From a virus (taxonomy: Duplodnaviria > Caudoviricetes): a DNA stretch of 64,000 nt. Positions within the stretch are counted from its first letter, which is position 1. Every line of letters starts with the position of its first letter. Shown here piece by piece: positions 26,765-35,273 of the stretch. The notes beneath the pieces were generated by a model. It was given only the letters and a program-made list of their open reading frames with translations, did no database searches and was not told the DNA's origin. Where the stretch lies: positions 1 through 64,000 of IMG/VR virus record IMGVR_UViG_3300047321_000298; one strand, given 5' to 3'. Made by a program: the position numbers and the translations under genes.

Positions 26765-26796
26765 TTTTTGACAGAGCGCTACCACTCACACAAGTC

Positions 26797-27204
26797 ATGA
26801 AAATAAATAATCCCTTTCCCATAGAGATTGACGAACTGATGGCCCAGATGGCTGCGTTCGAGGAAGCCAACACGAAAGCGTGCATGGGTCCCGCACAACG
26901 TAATCACGGGTTTCTGCTGCAAGGCACCTGGTCGCAGGCATACGTAAGTCAGGAGGTGTCGAGTCGTTTTGTCGGCTGGGTCATGGCATCGCACGCGAGC
27001 GGACGCAGTGCCTTGCCTGAGCCCGGAAGTGCACGCGATCTGCTGCGCTGGTTGAAGAAGTACGAAAGTGTCCTGTCCAGTAGTCTGCTAGCGATGGAGG
27101 CTTCGAAAACTGACGCTGAAATACTGGAAGACTGTAGGGGAATGCTCGAAGCGTTGCGCGAAACAATTAAGGTTGCGGAGAGCGGAGCTACCGCGAGTCA
27201 CTGA
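26797..27204 (+). CDS. Hypothetical protein
   Basis: ORF in co-oriented array; start uncertain (26755-26838). Confidence 0.5.
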   Translation: MKINNPFPIEIDELMAQMAAFEEANTKACMGPAQRNHGFLLQGTWSQAYVSQEVSSRFVGWVMASHASGRSALPEPGSARDLLRWLKKYESVLSSSLLAMEASKTDAEILEDCRGMLEALRETIKVAESGATASH

Positions 27205-27236
27205 TAGGTAAGCTTGACAAAACTGGGCACAGGAAA

Positions 27237-27479
27237 ATGACAAAAGCACAGCTTCAGAAACGGCTCGATGCGATGGCTGCAGAGATAACGGCGATCACTG
27301 AGGAACTCACGAAGCAATACGGTGAGGGCGCGAATCTCTACTTCGAGGCGGGTGGCAGCATCTACGCGATGAAGCCCGAAGCCAGCTACAGGTACGACAG
27401 AGATGCAACGCTGGAAAAGCGCCAGGCGGGGGTCATCGCATCTAGCCAGTGGTGCAACTTTGATTGCGGCGCTTGGTAG
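27237..27479 (+). CDS. Hypothetical protein
   Basis: SD AGGA; ends QWCNFDCGAW. Confidence 0.55.
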   Translation: MTKAQLQKRLDAMAAEITAITEELTKQYGEGANLYFEAGGSIYAMKPEASYRYDRDATLEKRQAGVIASSQWCNFDCGAW

Positions 27480-27495
27480 CAAACACGGATAAACA

Positions 27496-29061
27496 ATGAC
27501 AAAGAATCTTGATAACGAGCGCGCTGCATTCTCCGCATGGGCACGATCCAAGCGAGTAGCGGATAACGACTTTCACTTCTACATCTGGGAGGCGGCGCTT
27601 GCATCCACCGCGACGAGCGATCCGGCCGCTGCCTTGCATGAAAGCCAGGTTCGAGCGTTGGCCGCTACGGTACAGCGCCGAATCGACGCGTGCGGTGTCG
27701 CTGCGAATACGCCAGACGCTGATTATTTCGACGCGTCAACGAACCTGATTATCGCAGCGCGCGAATTGCTGTCTGCTCTGGGCGGCCAACCGGCCGATGC
27801 GACGCCTCTCGATGAGGACGCGTCCAAGAGTGCGGGTCCCGATGGGCAACCCCTTTCCGATGGGCGGATATGGGAAATTGCTGCCGATGTTTGGCGGCGC
27901 AGAAGAGTCCTGACGGACCGCGAGTTCGAACGTCAATTCGCCCACGAAGTGATTGCCGCTGCGCTTCACGAAATCCGCGTCGCGCTCACCGCCGAAAAGG
28001 CATGGGAATCGGGGGAGCCGGTGGCATGGGAATCGACCACGCCCGTATATCACCGATTTATAACTGACACTCGGTATCAAGCTCTCCGCCCGGAGACGCG
28101 CAAATGGTACAAGCCGTACCTGTGCCCTCACTGCGTCGCTCCACAACAGCCCACGCAATCTGCCGATCAAGCCGACGCACCAACAGAAGGTTATGCGTTC
28201 AAGTGCGACGGCAAGCTATGGGTTGTGACTGATCCAGCGGTTGCTATGAAATGGCAGGATCAGGGGTTTCTAGTTACGGCCGTTGACGCCCTGACGCGCG
28301 ACGCGGGGGACGCAAACCCAGACGAGCCGCTATCGCGTATTTCTCAAACGGAAGTCGATGCGTTGATTGCCGAGCATAGCGAATGGACACCTCAGGGCAG
28401 TGCAATTCTTGGCAGTCAGCGTCGGTTATTTGCAAAAGCTTTGCTGGATCTGGTGACCGCGCAATTGTGCAAGGAAGATGCCGCTACCGTGGCGTACCCG
28501 CGCTACATCGTCATCGGCTACGGGGAGACCGATCACCCGCAGGCCGCGTTCGTCAATGAGCGTGAGCAGCTTCTGGATGCGGTACTCGGCATGATGTACA
28601 CGAGCCCATCCGATGCGTGTGACGACACGCGAGAAGAATACCGGAAAGACCTGGCTGATGACGACGAGTGGTCGCACGAAGGCATCTGGCGCACAGAGTT
28701 CGAAATCGGTGGGGTCGTCATCTATGACCTTGGCGAACCTGCCCACCAAGACGACAGCGGCAAGACTATCGGTGAGGACGCCGCGAATGGGGCAATTGGG
28801 GAGCGGGAAGCGTTCCTGACATGGTGGTGCGCAGACGTGCCCGAACACATGCGCGAGAAGTGGAAGGAAAGCGTTGATGAGTGTCTGCGTAACAATCACG
28901 CACAGGATAAGTTGGTCGGCGCGTGGGACGGCTTCCAATTCGGCCTGACTGTCGCCCGCGCCGCTCTCACCGCCGAAAAGGTGGCAGCGGAGCCGATTCG
29001 CACGCACCCATGCAAGTGTGGCGTGTGCGCCGAATGCAATTGGGCAATGAGCCATGAATGA
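27496..29061 (+). CDS. Large mosaic accessory protein
   Basis: 521 aa; repeated ERxAF..W and (R)xALTAEK modules. Confidence 0.6.
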   Translation: MTKNLDNERAAFSAWARSKRVADNDFHFYIWEAALASTATSDPAAALHESQVRALAATVQRRIDACGVAANTPDADYFDASTNLIIAARELLSALGGQPADATPLDEDASKSAGPDGQPLSDGRIWEIAADVWRRRRVLTDREFERQFAHEVIAAALHEIRVALTAEKAWESGEPVAWESTTPVYHRFITDTRYQALRPETRKWYKPYLCPHCVAPQQPTQSADQADAPTEGYAFKCDGKLWVVTDPAVAMKWQDQGFLVTAVDALTRDAGDANPDEPLSRISQTEVDALIAEHSEWTPQGSAILGSQRRLFAKALLDLVTAQLCKEDAATVAYPRYIVIGYGETDHPQAAFVNEREQLLDAVLGMMYTSPSDACDDTREEYRKDLADDDEWSHEGIWRTEFEIGGVVIYDLGEPAHQDDSGKTIGEDAANGAIGEREAFLTWWCADVPEHMREKWKESVDECLRNNHAQDKLVGAWDGFQFGLTVARAALTAEKVAAEPIRTHPCKCGVCAECNWAMSHE

Positions 29062-29263
29062 GTCGCAACCAGCACAGGCACAGGTGAAGCTGACGGAGAT
29101 TCAGCAGGCCATTGCCGACTATCACTTCGCTCTCGACACTCGCGCCCACGGCGGGGTTGCTCAGGACCGCGCGTTCAATGCGATTTGCAACGTGCTGGGC
29201 ATGCACTGGAAACAGGGGGAGGAATTTGATCGACGCGCCAGAATGACGACGAGGATTGAATGA
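29054..29263 (+). CDS. Hypothetical protein
   Basis: Overlapping start; IADYHFALDTRAHGGVAQ motif. Confidence 0.55.
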   Translation: MNESQPAQAQVKLTEIQQAIADYHFALDTRAHGGVAQDRAFNAICNVLGMHWKQGEEFDRRARMTTRIE

Positions 29264-29673
29264 AGGTATCTGAATTGACCGGCGCAACGCTGGATTACTG
29301 GGTCGCCCGAGCCGAGGGCTTCAAGCGAGCCGATGGGCATTCTGACCCGATGGCGTTGCAGTTTCCTGCCGGAAGCCTGTACGATTTCCAGTTCGGCTAC
29401 ACAGCGCCACCGTTTTCGAGCGCCTGGCGATATGGCGGCCCGATCATTCAGCGCGAGAACATCGGCTTTCGTCGCGAGCGCGGACTGGACGGTAGTGAGT
29501 ATTGGGCCGCAGTGGTTGACCAGTTGTATCTGCATGAGCAGGACATCTATCAGGGCGGCGCTAATGAGTTCGGCCCTACACAGCTAATTGCCGCGATGCG
29601 TGCTTGGGTCAAAAGCAAGTTTGGTGAGACCGTCCACCTGGACACACAAGGGGAAGTGACGCCCACTGACTGA
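29260..29673 (+). CDS. NinX/DUF2591-family phage protein
   Basis: MKVSELTGATLDYWVARAEG..FSSAW..GGPII.RE.I..GPT.LIAAMRA.V.SKFG pattern. Confidence 0.75.
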   Translation: MKVSELTGATLDYWVARAEGFKRADGHSDPMALQFPAGSLYDFQFGYTAPPFSSAWRYGGPIIQRENIGFRRERGLDGSEYWAAVVDQLYLHEQDIYQGGANEFGPTQLIAAMRAWVKSKFGETVHLDTQGEVTPTD

Positions 29674-29740
29674 TGCAAACTGCATATGTCCATGCTGTGA
29701 TTTACAATTCGACGTTGCGAAAAACTACAGAGAATAAGAA

Positions 29741-29962
29741 ATGCTGTTCTTTCGGGATCGAAAAAAGGGTACCGGCGACATACCGGTAGTAAGACAGTTC
29801 TCGCGCCACGGCAACGACACGCTAGTACGCTGCCCGTTCTGCGCGGAGCCCACGGTTATTGAAGGCCCTGACAGGCACGTTTTCGGCAAGAGCCTGGTGC
29901 ATGGCTGCGGCCATTCATTCATCGTGGCACGGGACGCAGAATATGACCCGTCGATAGAGTGA
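29741..29962 (+). CDS. Small zinc-ribbon protein
   Basis: RCPFC..HGCGH. Confidence 0.5.
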   Translation: MLFFRDRKKGTGDIPVVRQFSRHGNDTLVRCPFCAEPTVIEGPDRHVFGKSLVHGCGHSFIVARDAEYDPSIE

Positions 29963-30087
29963 TGCTGCTGCTGTAGCACGACACCTAGTGGGTTGGTTGA
30001 AGACTGGGGTGACAAACAGTTGAGCATCGGCAGCACAGCCAGAGCGAGTGTTGCGCTAATTGCCACACAGGCAGACGAGGGGTGACC

Positions 30088-30498
30088 ATGGAAGTTGTAA
30101 TGAGATATTTTAGCAGGCTGATGGGCGTGCGCACCGAACCGATCAGCGCTAGTTCTGCACGCTATCAGTACGCGGCTCGTATCGACCCACGGGTAAATGA
30201 TCCGACGCGCATCCGGCGTATCGTCAGCAAGGCGTACGAGGCAATTCGTGGTGCCATGGCTCAGAAGCAAAGCGTGATCGTGCCGTACGTCACTACCGAG
30301 ATTTACGATGACGAGGACGAAGGGCATCTCATGTATGCGCGCGCATTTAAGGCAGGTAAGCTCGCGGCCGAACAATTGCGTGATCAGGGCTACACGGTGA
30401 GTGTCGAACGGCGAGTCGTTGTTGAGCCCAACGACTCGGAATGCTACGAATACTATCTGGCGATCAACTGGGAAGAACAGAATGGCAAAGCTGAATGA
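30088..30498 (+). CDS. Hypothetical protein
   Basis: SD GAGGGG before GTG 30082/ATG 30088. Confidence 0.55.
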   Translation: MEVVMRYFSRLMGVRTEPISASSARYQYAARIDPRVNDPTRIRRIVSKAYEAIRGAMAQKQSVIVPYVTTEIYDDEDEGHLMYARAFKAGKLAAEQLRDQGYTVSVERRVVVEPNDSECYEYYLAINWEEQNGKAE

Positions 30499-31315
30499 GG
30501 CGGCGCTTAGGCCGGAAGCGTTTCAATGGCCGAAGCTGCCGGATTTACCGGCTCCGGAAAAGGTCGAGCTAAAAGGGCCATCGTTCGCGCACGCGCAACC
30601 GATCAACTACTTTACCGAGCATCAGATGCAAGGCTATGCAAACGCGTACGGCGAAGCTGTTCGTGCTGCCGTCACGGCCGACAAGCTGGCGGTGCAAGAG
30701 GTGATGGGTTTCGATGAATTCTGGCGAATGCTTGCAGCGAAAGGCTACAGGTGCGATTTCGATAGAGTGGACAGTGCTTATTTCGGATACAAGTTGGCTA
30801 TCGAACTTGCCGCGCAGTGTGCTGGGCAAAACACAACTCCGCAAGACCGGGCAGGGTGGATTGATGCGAATGTGTCTGGAAATCCAACGCTGCTACGGGC
30901 CATGAAAAACATTGCGAACGCCGCTCCCGATAATTCAGGCGATCACACGACAGCACAGACGGTGCAGAGTGAGCAGAGTGAGCAGAGTGAGCAGGCGCGG
31001 ACATCGGAGAACCTCATGGAAATGACCAATGAGACTTTGAAAGGCATGCGCGCGTTGCTGTCGAGACGCGCTAGTGCAGTTCAAGTGCTGCGCGAACGGC
31101 TTGCCCAATCCAAGCAAGCCCTGACGACGCTATCAGTGATGAAGGGCGCGGAGCTTTTGCCTCTGATTGACGCGTACGGAGCAGCCGAGCGCCGGTTTGG
31201 TTACTACGAAGGGTCTGGCGAGGTCTTTAATGATGCGGTCGAGAGAGCAGAGGCACAATTGAACGGAATTCGCGCACGGGCCAGGGAGAAAACAGGCAAT
31301 GGCAAAGTTGAATGA
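30482..31315 (+). CDS. Mosaic accessory protein flanked by 20-bp direct repeats
   Basis: ATG 30482; YFTEHQMQGYA motif; QSE x3 tandem repeat. Confidence 0.6.
   Translation: MAKLNEAALRPEAFQWPKLPDLPAPEKVELKGPSFAHAQPINYFTEHQMQGYANAYGEAVRAAVTADKLAVQEVMGFDEFWRMLAAKGYRCDFDRVDSAYFGYKLAIELAAQCAGQNTTPQDRAGWIDANVSGNPTLLRAMKNIANAAPDNSGDHTTAQTVQSEQSEQSEQARTSENLMEMTNETLKGMRALLSRRASAVQVLRERLAQSKQALTTLSVMKGAELLPLIDAYGAAERRFGYYEGSGEVFNDAVERAEAQLNGIRARAREKTGNGKVE
30964..30994 (+). repeat. 9-bp tandem repeat GCAGAGTGA x3.4
   Basis: Read directly; in-frame QSE repeats. Confidence 0.9.
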
Positions 31316-31665
31316 GGAAGCAAAAAAAGCTGCTGGAAGATGCAACGGTGGAGCGGGCGGATTGGAGTGACCGAGAGTTGAACATCCATCCAGATTTTGC
31401 GGCTGACTATCGCTCGTTTCTGAAAACATGGAGCAATCAGACGCCAACGGAAGACATGAAGTCGCTGTGCTTCTACTACTTCCGTATGGGATCAACCAGC
31501 GCCGCACTCACCCACGAAAAGAGCTTGCCACTGAGCGTGGAACAAAAAGCCGCTCTCGATCTGGCGGTGCTGAATCTCAAGACTCACGGCGATGATCAGT
31601 TGCTGGCTGCGGTAAAGCCGATCATCGAGTATTTGCAACGCGTTTCGCAAGCGCCAAGTATTTAA
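31312..31665 (+). CDS. Hypothetical protein
   Basis: ATGA-coupled ORF. Confidence 0.55.
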   Translation: MRKQKKLLEDATVERADWSDRELNIHPDFAADYRSFLKTWSNQTPTEDMKSLCFYYFRMGSTSAALTHEKSLPLSVEQKAALDLAVLNLKTHGDDQLLAAVKPIIEYLQRVSQAPSI

Positions 31666-31719
31666 ACGAAGCAGCAAACAAACCGCAGTAGAACTAAAAT
31701 CAAACCACGAGAGACCATC

Positions 31720-31923
31720 ATGTTGAGCAAAATCGCAACGCTGTTGAAAAAGGTTCTGTCCGCAACGAAGCGCCCGGAACTTCCGGAAGACCACACCTGG
31801 AGTCAGGCGTCGATGACTGCTCAACGTGCCAAGGGCGAGATAGAAGTCCTGCGTCAGGAGTCAGGCAATCGAGCGGCCCCGGCCGATGGCGCACAAGGTC
31901 TGACCGACAGCGCTTCGGCCTGA
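31720..31923 (+). CDS. Hypothetical protein
   Basis: Short ORF with GAGA SD. Confidence 0.4.
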   Translation: MLSKIATLLKKVLSATKRPELPEDHTWSQASMTAQRAKGEIEVLRQESGNRAAPADGAQGLTDSASA

Positions 31924-31940
31924 CGCAAAGGGGGCCGCAC

Positions 31941-32261
31941 ATGATGCTGCTGAAGCTGATAGCCAGGGCTCTTAGGCGAGCCCACGATCCGAGGGCGACA
32001 CGCCGCGCGCAGTGGGCGGCAGTCAAGTCCACGGCCCACATAACGCGCGATCCTGCGCTGCTCGCGGCGATTGCAGACGCGGAACAACGCGCTAACGAAG
32101 CGCTCAGGGAAACGTATGGCTCCGCTGCTATCGCACACCCCACGCCCAAGCAGGCCGATGAACTGTGCGGGCTGGCACTGCGTCTTGTCTCCGATACAGA
32201 CGGGTACATCGTAACGAAGAATAGTGAGGATCAACATGTCGGATTGGATTCCCGTAGCTGA
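31941..32261 (+). CDS. Hypothetical protein
   Basis: SD AAGGGGG. Confidence 0.45.
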   Translation: MMLLKLIARALRRAHDPRATRRAQWAAVKSTAHITRDPALLAAIADAEQRANEALRETYGSAAIAHPTPKQADELCGLALRLVSDTDGYIVTKNSEDQHVGLDSRS

Positions 32262-32421
32262 CGCGAAAGTAGACGGCCAACAGTGCGCCCTGAGGTTCCG
32301 TGATCGGTTAGGTTCGTACGAAATCGAGAAGCCGTGTTTTCTGCACGATGACGGTTTCTGGTACGTTATCGACCCACCATCGCAACTAACGGTCAAGCCG
32401 ACGCACTTCCGCCTGCTGTAA
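32236..32421 (+). CDS. Small DUF551-like phage protein
   Basis: MSDWIPV...VKPTHFRLL pattern; SD GAGGA. Confidence 0.55.
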   Translation: MSDWIPVADAKVDGQQCALRFRDRLGSYEIEKPCFLHDDGFWYVIDPPSQLTVKPTHFRLL

Positions 32422-32436
32422 GCGTACACACAGGGA

Positions 32437-32465
32437 TTTACACAACCCGAAAAACGGTCTATAGT
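32437..32465 (+). promoter_or_regulatory. Sigma70 promoter of vapBC
   Basis: TTTACA-17 bp-TATAGT, 36 bp before vapB; near-palindrome TACGTCGTA just downstream. Confidence 0.6.
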
Positions 32466-32501
32466 ACATACGTCGTACACACACGATGTGAGGAACAACG
32501 A

Positions 32502-32738
32502 ATGACCACTACACGGGTTTTCAAGAACGGCAACAGTCAGGCCGTTCGTATCCCTGCTGAGCTTGCATATGACCGTACGGATATCGATCTTGAAATCGAG
32601 CGCGTAGGGGACGAGATTCGCATTCGACCGATTGCCCGACCGCTGACCGGAGTGCTCAGGAAATTCGCGAAGTTCGGTGCAGATTTCATGAGCGAGGGGC
32701 GCGGTGATCAGGAGCAGACTGAGCGGGAGGGTCTCTGA
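32502..32738 (+). CDS. vapB: VapB antitoxin (AbrB/SpoVT fold, VagC type)
   Basis: TTRVFKNGNSQAVRIP..L..D..EIERVGDEIRIRP; 1-nt overlap with toxin. Confidence 0.93.
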   Translation: MTTTRVFKNGNSQAVRIPAELAYDRTDIDLEIERVGDEIRIRPIARPLTGVLRKFAKFGADFMSEGRGDQEQTEREGL

Positions 32739-33145
32739 TGCCCCGCTACATGCTCGATACCAACATGTGCATCTACCTGATGAAGAATCAGCCTGAGCAG
32801 GTAGCCAAGCGGTTTGCGCAATGTGTCGTGGGCGATGTGGTGATGTCTGCTATCACGTACGCAGAGCTTGAATACGGCGTGGCCGTTTGCGAAAACCCGG
32901 CACGCGAGCGGCGTAATCTTTCATCGCTGATCGAGGACATTCCGGTCGTTCCGTTTGATGCACCGGCCGCCGTTGCGTACGGGCCGATTCGGCAAGCCAC
33001 CCGCGACAAGAAAAAGGACCATCTGGACAAGCTCATAGCAGCGCACGCGGTTTCCCTTGACGTTCTGCTTGTCACGAACAACACGAAAGACTTCGTGCAG
33101 TATCCGGGCGTCCGGCTGGAAAACTGGCTTGATGAAAGCCACTAA
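32738..33145 (+). CDS. vapC: VapC PIN-domain toxin (endoribonuclease)
   Basis: YMLDTNMCIY, SAITYAELEYG, D.LIAAHA.SL..LVTNN.KDF..PG.RLENW; acidic PIN residues intact. Confidence 0.95.
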   Translation: MPRYMLDTNMCIYLMKNQPEQVAKRFAQCVVGDVVMSAITYAELEYGVAVCENPARERRNLSSLIEDIPVVPFDAPAAVAYGPIRQATRDKKKDHLDKLIAAHAVSLDVLLVTNNTKDFVQYPGVRLENWLDESH

Positions 33146-33157
33146 TCAGGGGGTCGT

Positions 33158-33532
33158 GTGGTTAATCTGAATGCACTGTTCAAGCTGAAGAAGCCGTGCG
33201 AAAACTGCCCGTTCCGCAAGGTCGGGGCAATCCAACTGCGGCCGGGTCGTGTGGAAGCAATCGTTGACGGCTTGATTCGAAACGATCAGTCCACGTTCCA
33301 TTGTCACAAGACTGTGCACGGGCCGAAGGGTGGCGGTGACGGCGAACTGACGGGCGAGGAAAGCTACTGCACGGGCTCTATGATCTACTTGCAGAAGATC
33401 GGTCAGCCGAACGTGGCAATGCGTTTGGGTGCCGGGTTGAAGATGTTCAAGCCTGACGATCTGGCTGCTCAATATGATGTCGTGATCGATACGATTGCAC
33501 CAAACAAGAAACGCGTGACCGATGATAGTTGA
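33158..33532 (+). CDS. Hypothetical Cys-rich protein
   Basis: KPCENCPFRK..TFHCHKT..YCTG. Confidence 0.6.
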   Translation: MVNLNALFKLKKPCENCPFRKVGAIQLRPGRVEAIVDGLIRNDQSTFHCHKTVHGPKGGGDGELTGEESYCTGSMIYLQKIGQPNVAMRLGAGLKMFKPDDLAAQYDVVIDTIAPNKKRVTDDS

Positions 33533-33557
33533 CGATCTGTGCAGCGGGCTATAGAAT
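33529..33557 (+). promoter_or_regulatory. Sigma70-type promoter with TGTGCA spacer motif
   Basis: TTGACG-ATC-TGTGCA-GCGGGCTA-TAGAAT. Confidence 0.7.
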
Positions 33558-33588
33558 GAACTCGTTGAACATCGAACGAGGGGAAAAC

Positions 33589-33756
33589 ATGACACAGCAA
33601 GAACTGTTGAAATCGATTCAGGAGCGGATCGAAACGTTCGAGGGGTACGTGAAAGACGGAGTGTCGAACATGCCGATCAGCGGCACCGTTTCGTTGCTCC
33701 AGCAAATCCAGAAGGATGTGGAATCGCTGGACATCGAACGAGGGAAAAATGGCTAA
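33589..33756 (+). CDS. Small hypothetical protein flanked by direct repeats
   Basis: SD GAGGGG, ATG 33589. Confidence 0.55.
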   Translation: MTQQELLKSIQERIETFEGYVKDGVSNMPISGTVSLLQQIQKDVESLDIERGKNG

Positions 33757-33988
33757 GCCCTACGCAACGCTGCAGCTAGACGAACAACAGTTTCTGTCGC
33801 TGCGAGGTGCCGCGTGTGAGACGCGCAAGACCGTGTTCAAGGCTTGGAGTGATGCGACGGACCCTAACGAAAAGGCGTTCTATCGCGAGCGTGTCGCAGT
33901 CTGGGACAACATGATCCAACTGTTCGATGACCGGCTGATTGCTGACACCAGTCAGGATGCGCCCGATGAGGAAGAGGGCGAGGGCTGA
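33749..33988 (+). CDS. Hypothetical protein
   Basis: SD GAGGG, ATG 33749; acidic C-terminus. Confidence 0.55.
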   Translation: MAKPYATLQLDEQQFLSLRGAACETRKTVFKAWSDATDPNEKAFYRERVAVWDNMIQLFDDRLIADTSQDAPDEEEGEG

Positions 33989-34103
33989 AAACCCGCTCGT
34001 AGCATCGATTTTTACTGTGATTTTTACAGAGGAATCGGGGCTAAAATGTGCCCTGAATGGTATCCCTAATGCGGGCCATCTACTACACAAAAACAGGTGC
34101 AAC

Positions 34104-34334
34104 ATGAACGCAGCAGAAGGACTAAGACGTATCGCAAAGGGAATCGGCTATTTAGGCTTCGTTCCTCTGGGTCTGGTGATCTACGACATCGTCTACGCTA
34201 TGGCGAGTGGTCGGCACTGGCCCGGAGACAGCCTGCTCAATATCGGCTTTGCGCTCCTTCTGCTTGCAGTCTTCAAGGGGGTTGCGTGGGTCATCCTCGG
34301 ATTTACAGCACCAAAGCGGACTGAGGGAAGCTGA
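34104..34334 (+). CDS. Small two-TM membrane protein
   Basis: SD AGGT, ATG 34104; two hydrophobic segments. Confidence 0.6.
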   Translation: MNAAEGLRRIAKGIGYLGFVPLGLVIYDIVYAMASGRHWPGDSLLNIGFALLLLAVFKGVAWVILGFTAPKRTEGS

Positions 34335-34373
34335 GCGTAGAATTTCGCTTCGATAGATGAACCGGAGGATTGA

Positions 34374-34583
34374 ATGCCGTTGAGTCAGCAAGACCTGAAC
34401 ACACTCGCGCAGTTGCATGCGCTGCGTGGTGCAGAGAAGGACGCAATCGACAAGGCGCTCAAGGCAGCAGTGCAGGAGATAGAAGCAGCCAATTTCGTAA
34501 CGCTCGGAGACTCACACCTTGCGGCCCTACAGGCAGCGCTGACCAGGTATTTCCTGGCGTCGAATCCGGACATCTTGCCGTAG
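34374..34583 (+). CDS. Hypothetical protein
   Basis: SD GGAGG; last gene before the bidirectional terminator. Confidence 0.55.
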   Translation: MPLSQQDLNTLAQLHALRGAEKDAIDKALKAAVQEIEAANFVTLGDSHLAALQAALTRYFLASNPDILP

Positions 34584-34607
34584 CTGCAACACCCATCAGG
34601 CCCAAAG

Positions 34608-34647
34608 AAAAAGCCCCCGAATCCAATACAGGAGACGGGGGCTTTTT
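34608..34647. terminator. Bidirectional intrinsic terminator at the strand switch
   Basis: AAAAAGCCCCCG...CGGGGGCTTTTT between convergent operons. Confidence 0.88.
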
Positions 34648-34652
34648 TGTTG

Positions 34653-35162
34653 CTAGTTGGTCGCTTCCGCTTTCAACTGAGGGCCGAACGACAGGGGCAG
34701 CGGGTCGGCTGCTAGCTCGGTGTTCTTCTGCTCGACCCACAAGCGTAGCTGCGCGGTGTTAGGTGCATCGTAGGACAGCGTGAGATGCGCACGGTAGTCC
34801 GGGAACGAGTGCTGCAACCCTTCACCCAGCAACTCGGAATGCAGCCGCTGTAGGTCCGGAGAATCGATGCACGCAACGAGCACCGGCCGCTGCTTGTGAT
34901 CGAGCCACACCTGCAGGCTAGTCACTGATCCCTTGCACACGCGATCTGCTGGCGGCTTCACACCGAACGGAAGATCATGCTTGTGGTAAAGCACCGTCAC
35001 GTGAAAATCCGTGGAGTGGTTCGGCTTGAACGGTGCACCCGCCAGAAAGTTGCGCAGACTCAGGATCGACTGCTCATCCGGATCGGCCCACACGTAGAGT
35101 CCGGAGCCCGAATCAGCCTCCCGGATTTGATCGTAGAGAATCTGCGCTTCTATCTTGAACAT
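34653..35162 (-). CDS. acb1: Acb1-like (T4 gp57B family) 2H phosphoesterase, anti-CBASS candidate
   Basis: Two HxT motifs (FHVTVLY, AHLTLSYD) plus SGLYV, LQVW, VLV..DS..L..LH and G..H.F.DY..H.TLSY blocks collinear with recalled T4 gp57B. Confidence 0.8.
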   Translation of the reverse strand: MFKIEAQILYDQIREADSGSGLYVWADPDEQSILSLRNFLAGAPFKPNHSTDFHVTVLYHKHDLPFGVKPPADRVCKGSVTSLQVWLDHKQRPVLVACIDSPDLQRLHSELLGEGLQHSFPDYRAHLTLSYDAPNTAQLRLWVEQKNTELAADPLPLSFGPQLKAEATN

Positions 35163-35273
35163 ACACTACCTTCATTGTTTATAGGGCTACCCGGATAGCA
35201 TCGACCGTGAGTGCTGGCTTTTGTGTTGATCGGCGTACGCTATCGTTTGCTGTCATTTGGACCCGCTATGCAG

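Noticed and set aside
29963-34103. CRISPR mini-array in accessory intergenic gaps
   Set aside because: Only paired repeats flanking whole genes or short in-frame tandems; no repeat-spacer periodicity.
35194-35244. Hairpin upstream of acb1 (GATAGC/GCTATC, ATCGAC/GTTGAT)
   Set aside because: Short stems, large loops, and a mismatch on the transcribed strand; not distinguishable from chance.
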